Below, one piece after another: positions 45,452 through 55,508 of a stretch of DNA of 64,000 nt; the stretch's first letter is position 1; each line of letters begins with the position of its first letter. The stretch is taken from positions 1,312,001 through 1,376,000 of the forward strand of contig OZ219791.1 in NCBI GenBank assembly GCA_964291215.2, written 5' to 3'. The position numbers and the translations under genes are program-made. The notes beneath the pieces are model-generated. The model did no database searches, was not told the origin of the DNA, and saw only the letters and a program-made list of their open reading frames with translations. Origin of the DNA: Alphaproteobacteria bacterium (lineage in GTDB: Bacteria > Pseudomonadota > Alphaproteobacteria > MPNO01 > UBA830).

Positions 45452-46928
45452 GTAACTGCTCACCCCTTGGTTCCGGCTTGATGTCGGAGTAGAGCAACGA
45501 ACGGGTTTTCGTGGAGATTTGACACTGCAGGCCGATTCGTTTAGTGGTGGTAATCGAGAACGACGGGGACCGCCAGTGGGCTACTTTGGATCGAAGGCGA
45601 CGAGCGGGCTGTGCCAGCTGCTTCCGGGGCTCCGCATGATCTGTATGTGGAAACGCATCTCGGAGGCGGCGCGCTGATGAAGCGCAAGGCCGGGCGGTGG
45701 AGTACCGGAAGATGCCGCCGGGCGAGCGCCAGGCGATGCTCGCGGCGACCGTCGAGGCCGGGTGATGGCGACGGGCGGCGCGCGAGGAGTTCGAAGCGGC
45801 CAGGACCGCGGCGCTGCCGGCAAGGTGCCGAAAGAGGCCGTGATCCGCGTCCTCCTGCTCGACATCCTCATCGTCGTCCTTCTGGAGAAGACCACGCACG
45901 AGCCGGAACTCCGGTCTGCCGCCGTCACAGACGGACAAGAGCGTGCCGGGAGCAACGGCCCGAAGCCGAACCGGCAGATGGGCGACTACCTGCGCAAGAC
46001 CATCGTCGAGGAGACGGTCGCCGTCGATCGGGAGCGCCGCACGACATCGTGTTCGAGGTCGTCGAGCGCCGCGTCGACGCCGAGGAATGCCCGAAGTGCA
46101 AGGGCCGGTTCCCCGACAACATCCCGTGCAGTACGGCATCCAGGCCCTCGTCATCAACCTGCTGGTTGCCCAGATGCTGTCCCTGCGCCGTCGCGCTCGT
46201 GCAGGCGATCTCCGGCATCAAACTCTCCGAGGCCTCGGCTATGCTTTCACGATGCGTCATGGGAGGAGGCCGCCGTGGCGCACCTCCTGCAACGCCCGAT
46301 GTCGACGATTCCGAATCAACGGTAAGTGGCTCCATGTCGTCGGGACGTGCAAGTTCCCGCACCGCAAGCAAGAGATCGGCCCGTGCTACAAGGGCGTCCT
46401 GGGCCTCGTACATGGCAGTGTAGCCACCAGTTGTGCGGCAGCCACCTGCTGCGCGAACTGACCTTTGTCGTCGAGGCTACCGCGCGACTGATGAAGAGCC
46501 TGCTCCGCGAGGTCTGCCACAAGGTCAACAAGAGCGCATCCAGGACCCTGAACGAGGCCGTGCGCTACCGCACCATCAGGGCGCCAAGGAACTGCTCGAC
46601 ATCCCGACGAAAGGAAAACGCATCGCAAACGCGCACAACCTGCACGAACGTCTCGTGAAACACGAAAACCTGCGCTTCACAGACGACCCCGACGTCAGCT
46701 TCACCAACAATGCCGGAGAACAGAAGATCAGGATGGCAAAGGTCAAGGTGTCCGGATGCTTCCGCTCCACGCAAAAGCATGGTGCCGGGGCTCAAGCTAC
46801 CTCACCTCCATGGCCGCACTCGGCTACAATCATCACGTCGCCACCCAGATCGCCCTCGACGGAAAAGCCGCAGACATCATCAACGAGCACTACGACTAAT
46901 CAGAACCCAACTAGGGGTGAGTAGATAC
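45452..46928 (+). mobile_element. IS66-family element (uninterrupted, degenerate)
   Basis: GTAACTGCTCACCCC ... GGGGTGAGTAGATAC; CGSHLLREL, FTNNAGEQKIR; shows the empty intron site. Confidence 0.92.
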
Positions 46929-48704
46929 GTTCTTTTTTCGAATCAGCCACCATCTCGTGACCGAACGTTTACGACTTCCTGCAGCCCGGCGACCGGGCGT
47001 GCTATTCGTCGGCCGGTGTTCGTGCGCCACGCGGCCTCCCATCACGTGGGTGAGAACGATCACCGGTAGCAGGCCGAAGGCGACGATCGTGACCGCGCCG
47101 AGTGCACATTCTTCGAGGAGTTCGTCGGACGCAAACTCGTATACATAGGTCGCCAGCGTCTCGAAATTGAACGGCCGAAGCAGAAGAGTCGCTGGCAGCT
47201 CCTTCATGCTGTCGACGAAGATCAGCAGCGCGGCGGTCAGGATGCTGCCGCGGATCAGCGGGAGATTGACGCGTACGAGCGTTCTGGCCGCCGAGTGCCC
47301 GAGCGTACGCGCAGCATGGTCCATATTGGGTGTGATGCGGTTCAGCCCGGCCTCCAGCGTGCCGTAGGCGAGCGCAAGGAATCGTGCGACATAGGCGAAC
47401 AGGATGGCGAAGAACGTGCCGCTCAGTATCAGCCCCGTGCTGATGCCGAGCATCGAGCGCGCAAACCCGTCAATCGCGTTGTCGAGCGCGCCGAAAGGCG
47501 TGAGTATCCCGATTGCGAGCACCGCCCCGGGAACGGCGTAGCCGAGGCTGGCGAATCGCGCGAGGTTGCGGACGACGCCGCTTGTGGTGATGCGCGTCGC
47601 ATAGGCGAGGAACAGGCCGGTCGCTGCTGCGACGGCGGCAGCCAGTGCCGCGAGGAGGATGCTGTTGAACGCCGCCTGCGGATAACGGTTGGCGAGCGAG
47701 GTGTTGTAGAATTCGATGGCGTAGGCGATCAGCACTCCGGCCGGGATCGCGAACCCGACGAGCGCGGGGAGTGCGCAGATGGCGACCGCCAGCGCTGCCC
47801 GGCCTGACCGCAGCTGCACCGGGCCGACTTTGGTCCTGCCTCGTGTCATGTCGTGGTAGCTCCTGCTTCGGCGGGCGGTGCGCTCGGCGACCAGAAGGAA
47901 GATTACGAAGACGAGCATCATCATTGCGATCTGTGCACCGCCACTGGTGTTGTTCATGATCAGCCAGACATTGAACAGGCCGGTTGTCAGTGTCTGCACC
48001 GAGAAATAGTCGACCGTGCCGAAATCGTTCAGCGTCTCCATCATCACCAGCGCGAGGCCGACCACGATGGATGGCCTCGCCATCGGTAGCGAAATCCGGC
48101 GGAACGCGGCCCACGTGTTGCAGCCGAGGGTCCGCGCCGCCTCAATGACCCCGCCGGATTGTTCCAGGAACGCGGCATGGGCCAGCAGGTAGACATAGGG
48201 ATAGAGAGTTGCCGAGAGTACCATCGCCGCGCCTTCGGGCGAGCGGATCTCGGGAAACCAGTAGTCGCCTGCGCTTTGCCATCCGAACAGCTCCCTGAGG
48301 GCTTGCTGCACCGGTCCGGCATATTCGAGAAGGTCGGTATAGACATAGGCAACGACGTAGGTCGGCATTGCAAGCGGTAGGACGAGTGCCCATTTGAGGA
48401 CGCGCCGTCCGGGAAAGTCGCAAGTCGCGACCAGCCAGGCGGTGGTAACGCCGACCAGCGCGGTACCGATGCCGACCAGAAAGAGTAGCGACAGCGTCGT
48501 CGACACATAACCCGGCAGCACCGTGTCGAGAAGATGCGGCCAGATGTTCTCGGTCGGGAACAGCGACAGCCACGCAACAGCCAGCACGGGTAGCGTGATG
48601 ATTGCGGCGATGGCCGCGGTGCCGACGCTCCAGGCGGAGGGAAAGGGGAGTTTCCGGCGGCGCGGGAGAGGCTGCGCCGCCGAAACTCCGGATATGCTCG
48701 TCAC
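46911..48704 (-). CDS. fbpB: Fe3+ ABC transporter permease (FbpB); C-terminus extended into the island end
   Basis: LPLAMPTYVVAY, LYPYVYLL, EAARTLG, LNDFGTV, MKELPATLLLRPFNFETLAT. Confidence 0.92.
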   Translation of the reverse strand: MTSISGVSAAQPLPRRRKLPFPSAWSVGTAAIAAIITLPVLAVAWLSLFPTENIWPHLLDTVLPGYVSTTLSLLFLVGIGTALVGVTTAWLVATCDFPGRRVLKWALVLPLAMPTYVVAYVYTDLLEYAGPVQQALRELFGWQSAGDYWFPEIRSPEGAAMVLSATLYPYVYLLAHAAFLEQSGGVIEAARTLGCNTWAAFRRISLPMARPSIVVGLALVMMETLNDFGTVDYFSVQTLTTGLFNVWLIMNNTSGGAQIAMMMLVFVIFLLVAERTARRSRSYHDMTRGRTKVGPVQLRSGRAALAVAICALPALVGFAIPAGVLIAYAIEFYNTSLANRYPQAAFNSILLAALAAAVAAATGLFLAYATRITTSGVVRNLARFASLGYAVPGAVLAIGILTPFGALDNAIDGFARSMLGISTGLILSGTFFAILFAYVARFLALAYGTLEAGLNRITPNMDHAARTLGHSAARTLVRVNLPLIRGSILTAALLIFVDSMKELPATLLLRPFNFETLATYVYEFASDELLEECALGAVTIVAFGLLPVIVLTHVMGGRVAHEHRPTNSTPGRRAAGSRKRSVTRWWLIRKKNVSTHP

Positions 48705-48723
48705 GAACCGGATGTCCGGGGGG

Positions 48724-49776
48724 TCAGTTCGTCATCGGCCCTTCGTTGAAGCCGACCCTGTTGACGATCTTGAGTGCTGCTGACCGATTGTCCGCGATCT
48801 TGGTGAGCGGCATGCTGTCGCCCTTGAACTTGCCCCAGGATGCCACCAGTTCCGCCGGTTCGATAGAGGGGTCGATGGGATATTCGAAGTTCTTCTCGGC
48901 GTAGAGCTTCTGGCCCTCAGGTTTGGCGAGAAATTCCATGAGCTTGAGCGCGTTGGCCGAGTTGGGTGCGTGCTTGGTCATCATGACGCCGCTCACGTTG
49001 AGGTGCACGCCGCCGCTGTCGAATTTCGGGAACACCAGATAGGCTGAATCCGCCCACTTCTTCTGTTTTTCGTTGGTGAGCATCTTGGCCATGTAGTAGT
49101 GGTTGCCGATGGCAAGATCGCACACGCCTTCCATGATTGCCTTGACCTGTGCCCGGTCGTTGCCCTGAGGTCTGCGCGCCAGGTTGGTCCTCACCCCTTG
49201 CAGCCATTTTTCGGCGGCGACCTCACCGTTATGGCCGATCATCGCGGCAAGCAGCGCCACATTGTAGGGATGGTCGCCCTTGCGCGTGCAAATGCGACCT
49301 TTCCACTGCGGATTGGCGAGTTGCTCGTAGGACGTGATCGTCCCCTTCGGAACGCGCTCCTTCGACGCATAGATGATCCTCGCCCGGGAGGTGAGCCCGT
49401 ACCACAAGCCGTCGGGATGGCGATAGGATGCGGGTACCGCCTTTTCGAGAATGGTCGACTTGACCGGCTGTCCGAGGCCCGCCTTGACGACTTCCGTGAG
49501 CCGCGCGATGTCGACGGTGAAGATCAGGTCCGCAGGGCTGTTGCGGCCCTCGGCTTGAAGTCTCTTTAGCAGTCCCTTCTTGGCAAACACCACATTGACC
49601 TTGATCCCGGACTGTTCCGTGAAGGCGTCGAACAGCGGTTTTACCAGAAAAGGCTGACGATACGAATACACGTTGACCTCTCCGGTTCTCTTGTCGGCGG
49701 CAACTGCAATTCCCGGTGCGGCGACGCAGGCCGAGACCGCGAAGATTCCCAGACAAATTCGCAAGGTTGTCATCAT
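48724..49776 (-). CDS. fbpA: Fe3+ ABC transporter substrate-binding protein (FbpA/FutA)
   Basis: VNVYSYRQ, EGRNSPAD, GLTSRAR, PQGNDRAQ, GNHYY, NFEYP. Confidence 0.93.
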   Translation of the reverse strand: MMTTLRICLGIFAVSACVAAPGIAVAADKRTGEVNVYSYRQPFLVKPLFDAFTEQSGIKVNVVFAKKGLLKRLQAEGRNSPADLIFTVDIARLTEVVKAGLGQPVKSTILEKAVPASYRHPDGLWYGLTSRARIIYASKERVPKGTITSYEQLANPQWKGRICTRKGDHPYNVALLAAMIGHNGEVAAEKWLQGVRTNLARRPQGNDRAQVKAIMEGVCDLAIGNHYYMAKMLTNEKQKKWADSAYLVFPKFDSGGVHLNVSGVMMTKHAPNSANALKLMEFLAKPEGQKLYAEKNFEYPIDPSIEPAELVASWGKFKGDSMPLTKIADNRSAALKIVNRVGFNEGPMTN

Positions 49777-49858
49777 CTCATTTTCCTTTCGGTAGCTTGG
49801 ACGGCTGGCATGCAGCCATGGCGACAGAGTTATACGCCAGTCTGAATCCCTTTTCAAT

Positions 49859-49877
49859 GCGAATGATTATCATTATC
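49859..49877. promoter_or_regulatory. Fur box upstream of fbpA
   Basis: GATAATGATAATCATTCGC on the minus strand, 17/19 match to the classical GATAATGATAATCATTATC. Confidence 0.85.
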
Positions 49878-49914
49878 ATAAAATTTTTCGGCGGGGATAT
49901 GTCGGAAAATTAAG

Positions 49915-51034
49915 CCCCCGTTCCATAGTGAAGTGCAACACATGATGGGCTGTGGCCATGTGTTTTTAGACGCATGATGTTGCGGAGCTGTCCAGCAGCG
50001 GCGAGAGTTCCTGTACAAGATGGAGGGAGCTTGTTCATGTCCAAAGGCTACCGTCACCTACGAAGAGCGATGTCAGATTGAGGCAGAAAAGCGGTCTTTC
50101 ACAAGGTGCGATTGCTCGGCAGCTGGGCCGATCAACAATTTTCCGGGAGATCAAGCGCAACACCGGGGGACGGGGTTACCGTCACAAGCAGGCGCAAAGG
50201 ATGGCAGAAACGCAGGGCAGCCTCGTCTGTTTCCTGGCGGTTGACGCCTCGGGTTGAAGCTCAGAAAAAGCTGCGGGAGGGCCCCGAGCAGCGGCCGTTT
50301 TCGACTGGAGGGCCGTGGGTCGGCAACGGATCCATGATCGCTGAAGATCGGAGAGCCGGGGGCATCTTGTGGAAGAAGCTTCGGCGGCGCGGCAAGAAGC
50401 CGAACTGGAAGGGCGGATGCCATTCCGGCCGGGTGGACATTTCCGAGCGCCCTGCGGAGGCAAAGGAACGGATCGGCGACTGGGAGCCATCATCGGCAAA
50501 GCTCACAGTGGAGCTGTCGTGTCGCTCGTGCCACGAAATACACCTTGCTGGGTGGACAGAAAGACACGGTTGGTATGATCCGCCTGCTCGGCTCTGGTGC
50601 GCTATTGGTCCACACAATCACAACGGCAAAGAGTTCGCAGACCACAGGCGTGTCGCACTTGACGCAGATTTCTTCTTCGCCTTTCCATTCCTGGGAGCGC
50701 GGCTTGAATGAGCACACCAACGGCCTGGTGCGGGAGTACTTCCCGAAGGGCACGGACTTTCGCGCGACATGCAACGAAGATGTTCAGAAGGTGCGGCTCA
50801 ACACTCGGAAAGTCCCGGGATCGCCGACGGAGGTAATCTTGAAGGGAAACCGCCCTGACCATCTGCGTTCCGTAGCCGCAACGTGCAGCAGGGTCCATGC
50901 CGCGCGACGGCGGAATAGTGGCTTGAAGCCGACAAAGGCGTTGCATAAGCTCGATGTTGAAGGAACTGAAGCTGTTCCCAGGCGGAATCGAGAGGGGCAG
51001 AGGGGGGATGTTGCACTTCAGACTGGAAGTGGGG
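49915..51034 (+). mobile_element. IS30-family element copy C (degenerate)
   Basis: Same IRs and frameshifted transposase; lacks the subterminal hairpin present in A and B. Confidence 0.92.
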
Positions 51035-51147
51035 TGCAATTGATTCGCAAAATTGGACCGAGAACAGTACCCGGCGTGGCAAGCTTTTGCTTGGGTTCCG
51101 GATGTCTTGCTGGCGCGGGGGCGACGGGCTGTGCGTTTGCGGTGCCG

Positions 51148-52755
51148 TCAGGCGGCTGCGCGGATGCCTGCGGCCTTGACGCTGTCGACCACCTCGCCCT
51201 CGAACTGCGCGAAATTCGCCTCGAAGCGCTGGGCAAGGTCGCGCGCCGTCGAATCGTAGCTCTTTGGGTTCTCCCAGGTCTTGCGCGGATTGAGCACCTC
51301 GCTAGGGATCTCGGGCACGGCGTTCGGGATCAGCAGCCCGAAATTTGGATCGGGTGCTACCGATACGCCGGCAAGCTTGCCTTCGACCGCGGCCCGGACC
51401 ATGGCCCGTGTGTGTGCGAGCTTGATTCGGTCGCCGATTCCGTAGCGGCCACCGCTCCATCCGGTATTGATCAGCCAGCACTCGGCGCCGTGCTCGTCCA
51501 TCTTCTGACCGAGCAGCTTTGCATAGACGGTGGGATGGCGGGGCAGGAACGGCGCGCCGAAACAGGTCGAGAATGTCGCTTCCGGCTCATCGACCCCGCG
51601 TTCCGTGCCTGCGAGCCTCGCCGTGTAGCCAGACAGGAAATGATACATCGCCTGGTCGGGCGTGAGACGGCTGATCGGCGGCAGGACGCCGAAGGCGTCC
51701 GCCGTGAGCATGATGATGTTCGTCGGATGGCCACCGAGCCCGGTTTCGCTAACTCCGGGAATGAACTCGATCGGATAGGACGACCGCGTGTTTTCAGTCA
51801 GTGAGGCGTCATCGAAATTTGGCATGCCGGTTGCGGGATCGAGGATCACGTTCTCCAGCACCGTCCCGAACCGCATCGATGCCTCGTAGATCTCGGGCTC
51901 TGCGTCGGCCGACAGGTTGATTGCCTTGGCGTAGCAGCCGCCTTCGAAATTGAAGACGCCCTTTGACGACCACCCGTGCTCGTCGTCGCCGATCAATATG
52001 CGCGTCGGATCCGACGAAAGCGTCGTCTTGCCGGTTCCCGAGAGGCCGAAGAAGATCGTCGAGTTGCCGTCCATGCCGATATTGGCCGAACAGTGCATCG
52101 GCAGGACATTCTGTGCTGGCAGCAGATAGTTGAGGGCCGAAAAGACTGTCTTCTTGATTTCGCCGGTATAATGCGAACCGCCGACGAGAATCAGGCGCTC
52201 GGCAAAGTTCAGCATCACGAAGACTTCGGACTTCGTTCCGTCGATCGACGGAATCGCCTGCAGGTTGGGCGCGTGCAGCACCGTAAAGTCGGGTATGAAG
52301 CCCGTTAGTTCGTCAGCCGGCGGGTTGATGAACATGTTGCTGGCGAACAGGCTGTGCCACGCCGTCTCGGTCACCACCCGGACCTTGATCCGGTAGTCGG
52401 GATCGGCGCCGGCGTAACAGTCTTGGACGAAGACCTCGCGATTTTGCAGGTAGGCCAGCACGCGCTTGCGCATGGTCTCGAAATTCTCGATCGAGATCCG
52501 GTTGTTGACCGGACCCCACCAGATGTTGTCGGAGTTTTCCGGCTCGTCGACGATATACTTATCCTTGGGGGAGCGGCCGGTGTACTTGCCGGTGACGACG
52601 ACAAGGCCGCCACCGGCCGCGAGCTCGCCCTCGTTGCGACGCAACGCGTGCCGATAAAGCGCCGGGATCGACAGGTTCCAGTGTGGGGTCCGAGTGTTTT
52701 CTATGCCGTGATTCTCGAGACCGAATGTACTGATGACGGGGCCAGTTTGCTTCAC
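51148..52755 (-). CDS. pckA: Phosphoenolpyruvate carboxykinase (ATP)
   Basis: TGRSPKDK, MHCSAN, GLSGTGKTTLS, IGDDEHGW, FNFEGGCYAK, TENTR. Confidence 0.97.
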   Translation of the reverse strand: MKQTGPVISTFGLENHGIENTRTPHWNLSIPALYRHALRRNEGELAAGGGLVVVTGKYTGRSPKDKYIVDEPENSDNIWWGPVNNRISIENFETMRKRVLAYLQNREVFVQDCYAGADPDYRIKVRVVTETAWHSLFASNMFINPPADELTGFIPDFTVLHAPNLQAIPSIDGTKSEVFVMLNFAERLILVGGSHYTGEIKKTVFSALNYLLPAQNVLPMHCSANIGMDGNSTIFFGLSGTGKTTLSSDPTRILIGDDEHGWSSKGVFNFEGGCYAKAINLSADAEPEIYEASMRFGTVLENVILDPATGMPNFDDASLTENTRSSYPIEFIPGVSETGLGGHPTNIIMLTADAFGVLPPISRLTPDQAMYHFLSGYTARLAGTERGVDEPEATFSTCFGAPFLPRHPTVYAKLLGQKMDEHGAECWLINTGWSGGRYGIGDRIKLAHTRAMVRAAVEGKLAGVSVAPDPNFGLLIPNAVPEIPSEVLNPRKTWENPKSYDSTARDLAQRFEANFAQFEGEVVDSVKAAGIRAAA

Positions 52756-53055
52756 CTGCGTTCTCCTGGACCTGGCGATGTGCTCTATCTGGGCAGGCAG
52801 CTGGCGCCAGCTCTCAATGACCGGGAAAAACGGCTGCCGTCACGGTCGGTGCAACATACCCCGCTCGCTTGGGAAGTCAAATGACTGAGACCGCCGAAAT
52901 GCGACGGTTCTGTCCGGTTGACGCGTTCTCCGCCGAAACCCGAAAACTGTGCCTCCGGTTGTCTGGTGCAGGGTATGTGCGACAATCGGCGCCGCGCAGT
53001 CGGCCCGAGTCCGTGCGCCCGTCCGGCGACCGTCTGCGCGCAGGAGGTGCCTTCG

Positions 53056-53805
53056 ATGCCCGATCCCAGGATATCCGCCCGGAATCCGGCGGGCCGGCAA
53101 CGAAAGCTGCCGACGATTGCGATGGTCGATGACGACCGCAACATTCTCGCCGCGGTATCGATGGGCCTTGAGGCCGAGGGTTTCCGCGTCCGGACCTATG
53201 CCGATAGCGAGACGGCGCTCCGCAGCATTATCGCCGATCCGGTGGATCTGGCTCTCCTCGACATCAAGATGCCGCGGATGGACGGCATGGAGATGCTGTC
53301 GAGGCTGAGGCGCCACAATAACATTCCTGTCATCTTCGTCACGTCCAAGGATGACGAGACGGACGAAATACTCGGGCTGCGCACGGGTGCCGACGACTAT
53401 ATCAGGAAGCCGTTCTCCCGGCATCTCCTGGTTGCCCGCATCCGCACGGTGCTGCGCCGCCACGGCAAGGCCGATGCCGGAGATCCCGCGGCCGAGGCCC
53501 GGCCACCGATTCGGTGCCGGGACCTGGTCATTGACCGCGACCGGTTCGCATGCGCATGGAAGGGCGAGGCCGTCGATCTGACCGTGACGGAGCTGCTGTT
53601 GCTGGCGGCACTTGCGAAGCACCCCGGTCATGTGAAGTCGCGGGACCAGCTGATCGATGCGGCCTACGGCGAGTCCGACTACATGGATGACCGCGCCATC
53701 GACAGCCACATCAAGCGCGTGCGAAAGAAGTTCCGCGCCGTCGATGCGAACTTTTGCGAGATCGAGACCCTCTACGGGGTCGGATACCGCTACCGGCATT
53801 CGTGA
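53056..53805 (+). CDS. chvI: OmpR-family response regulator ChvI
   Basis: [50 protein letters not shown]; divergent from pckA. Confidence 0.9.
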   Translation: MPDPRISARNPAGRQRKLPTIAMVDDDRNILAAVSMGLEAEGFRVRTYADSETALRSIIADPVDLALLDIKMPRMDGMEMLSRLRRHNNIPVIFVTSKDDETDEILGLRTGADDYIRKPFSRHLLVARIRTVLRRHGKADAGDPAAEARPPIRCRDLVIDRDRFACAWKGEAVDLTVTELLLLAALAKHPGHVKSRDQLIDAAYGESDYMDDRAIDSHIKRVRKKFRAVDANFCEIETLYGVGYRYRHS

Positions 53806-53842
53806 GCGGTGCCGTGGCGTTGCAGCGGTCTAGGCGAGCGTC

Positions 53843-55441
53843 ATGACCGGTTGGAGATTTTCACCCCTCACCCGGCGGATCCTTATCGTCAATGTCGTGC
53901 CGCTTGCCGTCCTAGCAGCCGGGATCCTCTATCTTGCCGACTACCGGGAACGGCTGATCGATGCCGAACTGCTTGCGCTCGGGACCCAGGCGGAGATATT
54001 TGCCGGAGCCATCGCCGAAGGCGCGGTCGAGGTGAGGGGCGACGGCACGCGCTCGGCAATCGAATCGGAGCCGTCGCTGCCTTTACTGCGCCGGCTGGTT
54101 GCGCCGACCCGGACCCGCGCCCGCGTATACGGCCCTGACCGCAGACTCCTTGCCGACAGCCGGTTTCTTGGCGATCCCAGGACCGAGGTGAAGGTCGACG
54201 CGCTACCGCCCGAAGACATCGGCGATTTGCCACGCAAATGGCTTTCCGACGCCTATGAGGTCGTCACGGTCCTCCTGCTCGACCGCCGTCGGGGTCCGCC
54301 GTTCCCGGAGGCGGCGCTCGACCGCCTGGACGCACTTCCCGCGATGGCCGCGGCGCTCGACGGCGAACGGCGCTCCGCAGTATGGTCGTTGCCGAACGGC
54401 GGCCTCCGGTTCGGGGTCGCGGTGCCGATCCAGAGGTTCAAGCGGGTGTTGGGGGTCATGTTCGTGACTTCTGACGCCCAGTCGGTCGCCGCCGCGGTCC
54501 GCTACGTACGCGTTACCATTCTTCAGGTGTTCGGCGCCGTCCTCGCCGTCACGATCCTCGTTTCCCTCTACCTTGCGCGCACCATCACCCGACCGGTGCG
54601 GCGTCTTGCCGCTGCCGCCGACAGCGTCGACAGCGGCCGTGGACAGGCTCCGGAGATACCCGATCTCGAACGCCGCCGCGACGAGATCGGCGATCTCTCC
54701 AAAGCCCTGCGCCGGATGACCGAAACGCTGTGGCAGAGGATGACGGCGAACGAGCGGTTCGCGGCGGACATGGCCCATGAAATCAGAAATCCGCTTACTT
54801 CGCTCAGAAGTGCTGTCGAGACCGTGTCGCGCGTCAGCGACGACGCGCAGCGTGCGGAACTCACCGCGATAATCGAGGATGACGTGCGTCGCCTCGATCG
54901 GCTGATCACCGACATCTCGGATGTCTCTCGACTCGATGTCGAGCTGGCGCGAAGCCGCATGAGACGTGTGGATCTTGGCCGCCTGCTGCCGATGCTGGCC
55001 GACGCACACGAGAGTGCGGACGGGAACGGGCCGGCGCCGCGTGTGCGGTGCACGGACGCGAATGTGGGCGGCTGCATGGTGATGGGGATCGAGAGTCGCC
55101 TGATGCAGGTCTTCGACAATCTGATCCTGAACGCGCGGTCGTTCACGCCGTCGCGGGGGAGCATCACGCTTTCGGTCAGGTGCGACGGGGATCATGTGGT
55201 GGCCGAGGTCGAGGATGACGGCGCCGGCATACCGCCGGAGAGTCTGGATTCGGTTTTCGAACGCTTCTATTCGGACCGTCCGCCGCGTGACGGGGGCCGG
55301 CGCCATTCCGGGCTCGGCCTGAGCATCTCGCGCCAGATTGCCGAAGCGCATGGTGGTACAATCCATGCTGAGAATCGCCTTTCCGATGATGGCAGAATTC
55401 TCGGTGCGCGCTTCGTCGTGCGTCTTCCGGCGGTCGCCTGA
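53843..55441 (+). CDS. chvG: Sensor histidine kinase ChvG
   Basis: SPLTRRIL..N, VAVPIQR, HAMP, HEIRNPLTSLRSAVET, FERFY, SGLGLSISRQI. Confidence 0.92.
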   Translation: MTGWRFSPLTRRILIVNVVPLAVLAAGILYLADYRERLIDAELLALGTQAEIFAGAIAEGAVEVRGDGTRSAIESEPSLPLLRRLVAPTRTRARVYGPDRRLLADSRFLGDPRTEVKVDALPPEDIGDLPRKWLSDAYEVVTVLLLDRRRGPPFPEAALDRLDALPAMAAALDGERRSAVWSLPNGGLRFGVAVPIQRFKRVLGVMFVTSDAQSVAAAVRYVRVTILQVFGAVLAVTILVSLYLARTITRPVRRLAAAADSVDSGRGQAPEIPDLERRRDEIGDLSKALRRMTETLWQRMTANERFAADMAHEIRNPLTSLRSAVETVSRVSDDAQRAELTAIIEDDVRRLDRLITDISDVSRLDVELARSRMRRVDLGRLLPMLADAHESADGNGPAPRVRCTDANVGGCMVMGIESRLMQVFDNLILNARSFTPSRGSITLSVRCDGDHVVAEVEDDGAGIPPESLDSVFERFYSDRPPRDGGRRHSGLGLSISRQIAEAHGGTIHAENRLSDDGRILGARFVVRLPAVA

Positions 55442-55508
55442 GGGGGATGCGGACGGCGCCGGACTGCGACAAGTGATCGGAAAGCGCCCGGAGCGAACAG
55501 GTGAGAAG

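Larger units (their letters stand above)
32122..46972. mobile_element. 14.85-kb island bounded by IS66-type ends
   Basis: Left GTAAGCGTTCGCGGTCAC, right GTGACCGAACGTTTAC; flanks GACTTTCT (32114-32121) / GACTTCCT (46973-46980). Confidence 0.8.

Noticed and set aside
50545-51804. 419-aa ORF starting in IS30 copy C
   Set aside because: Chimera of a transposase fragment and the antisense strand of pckA.
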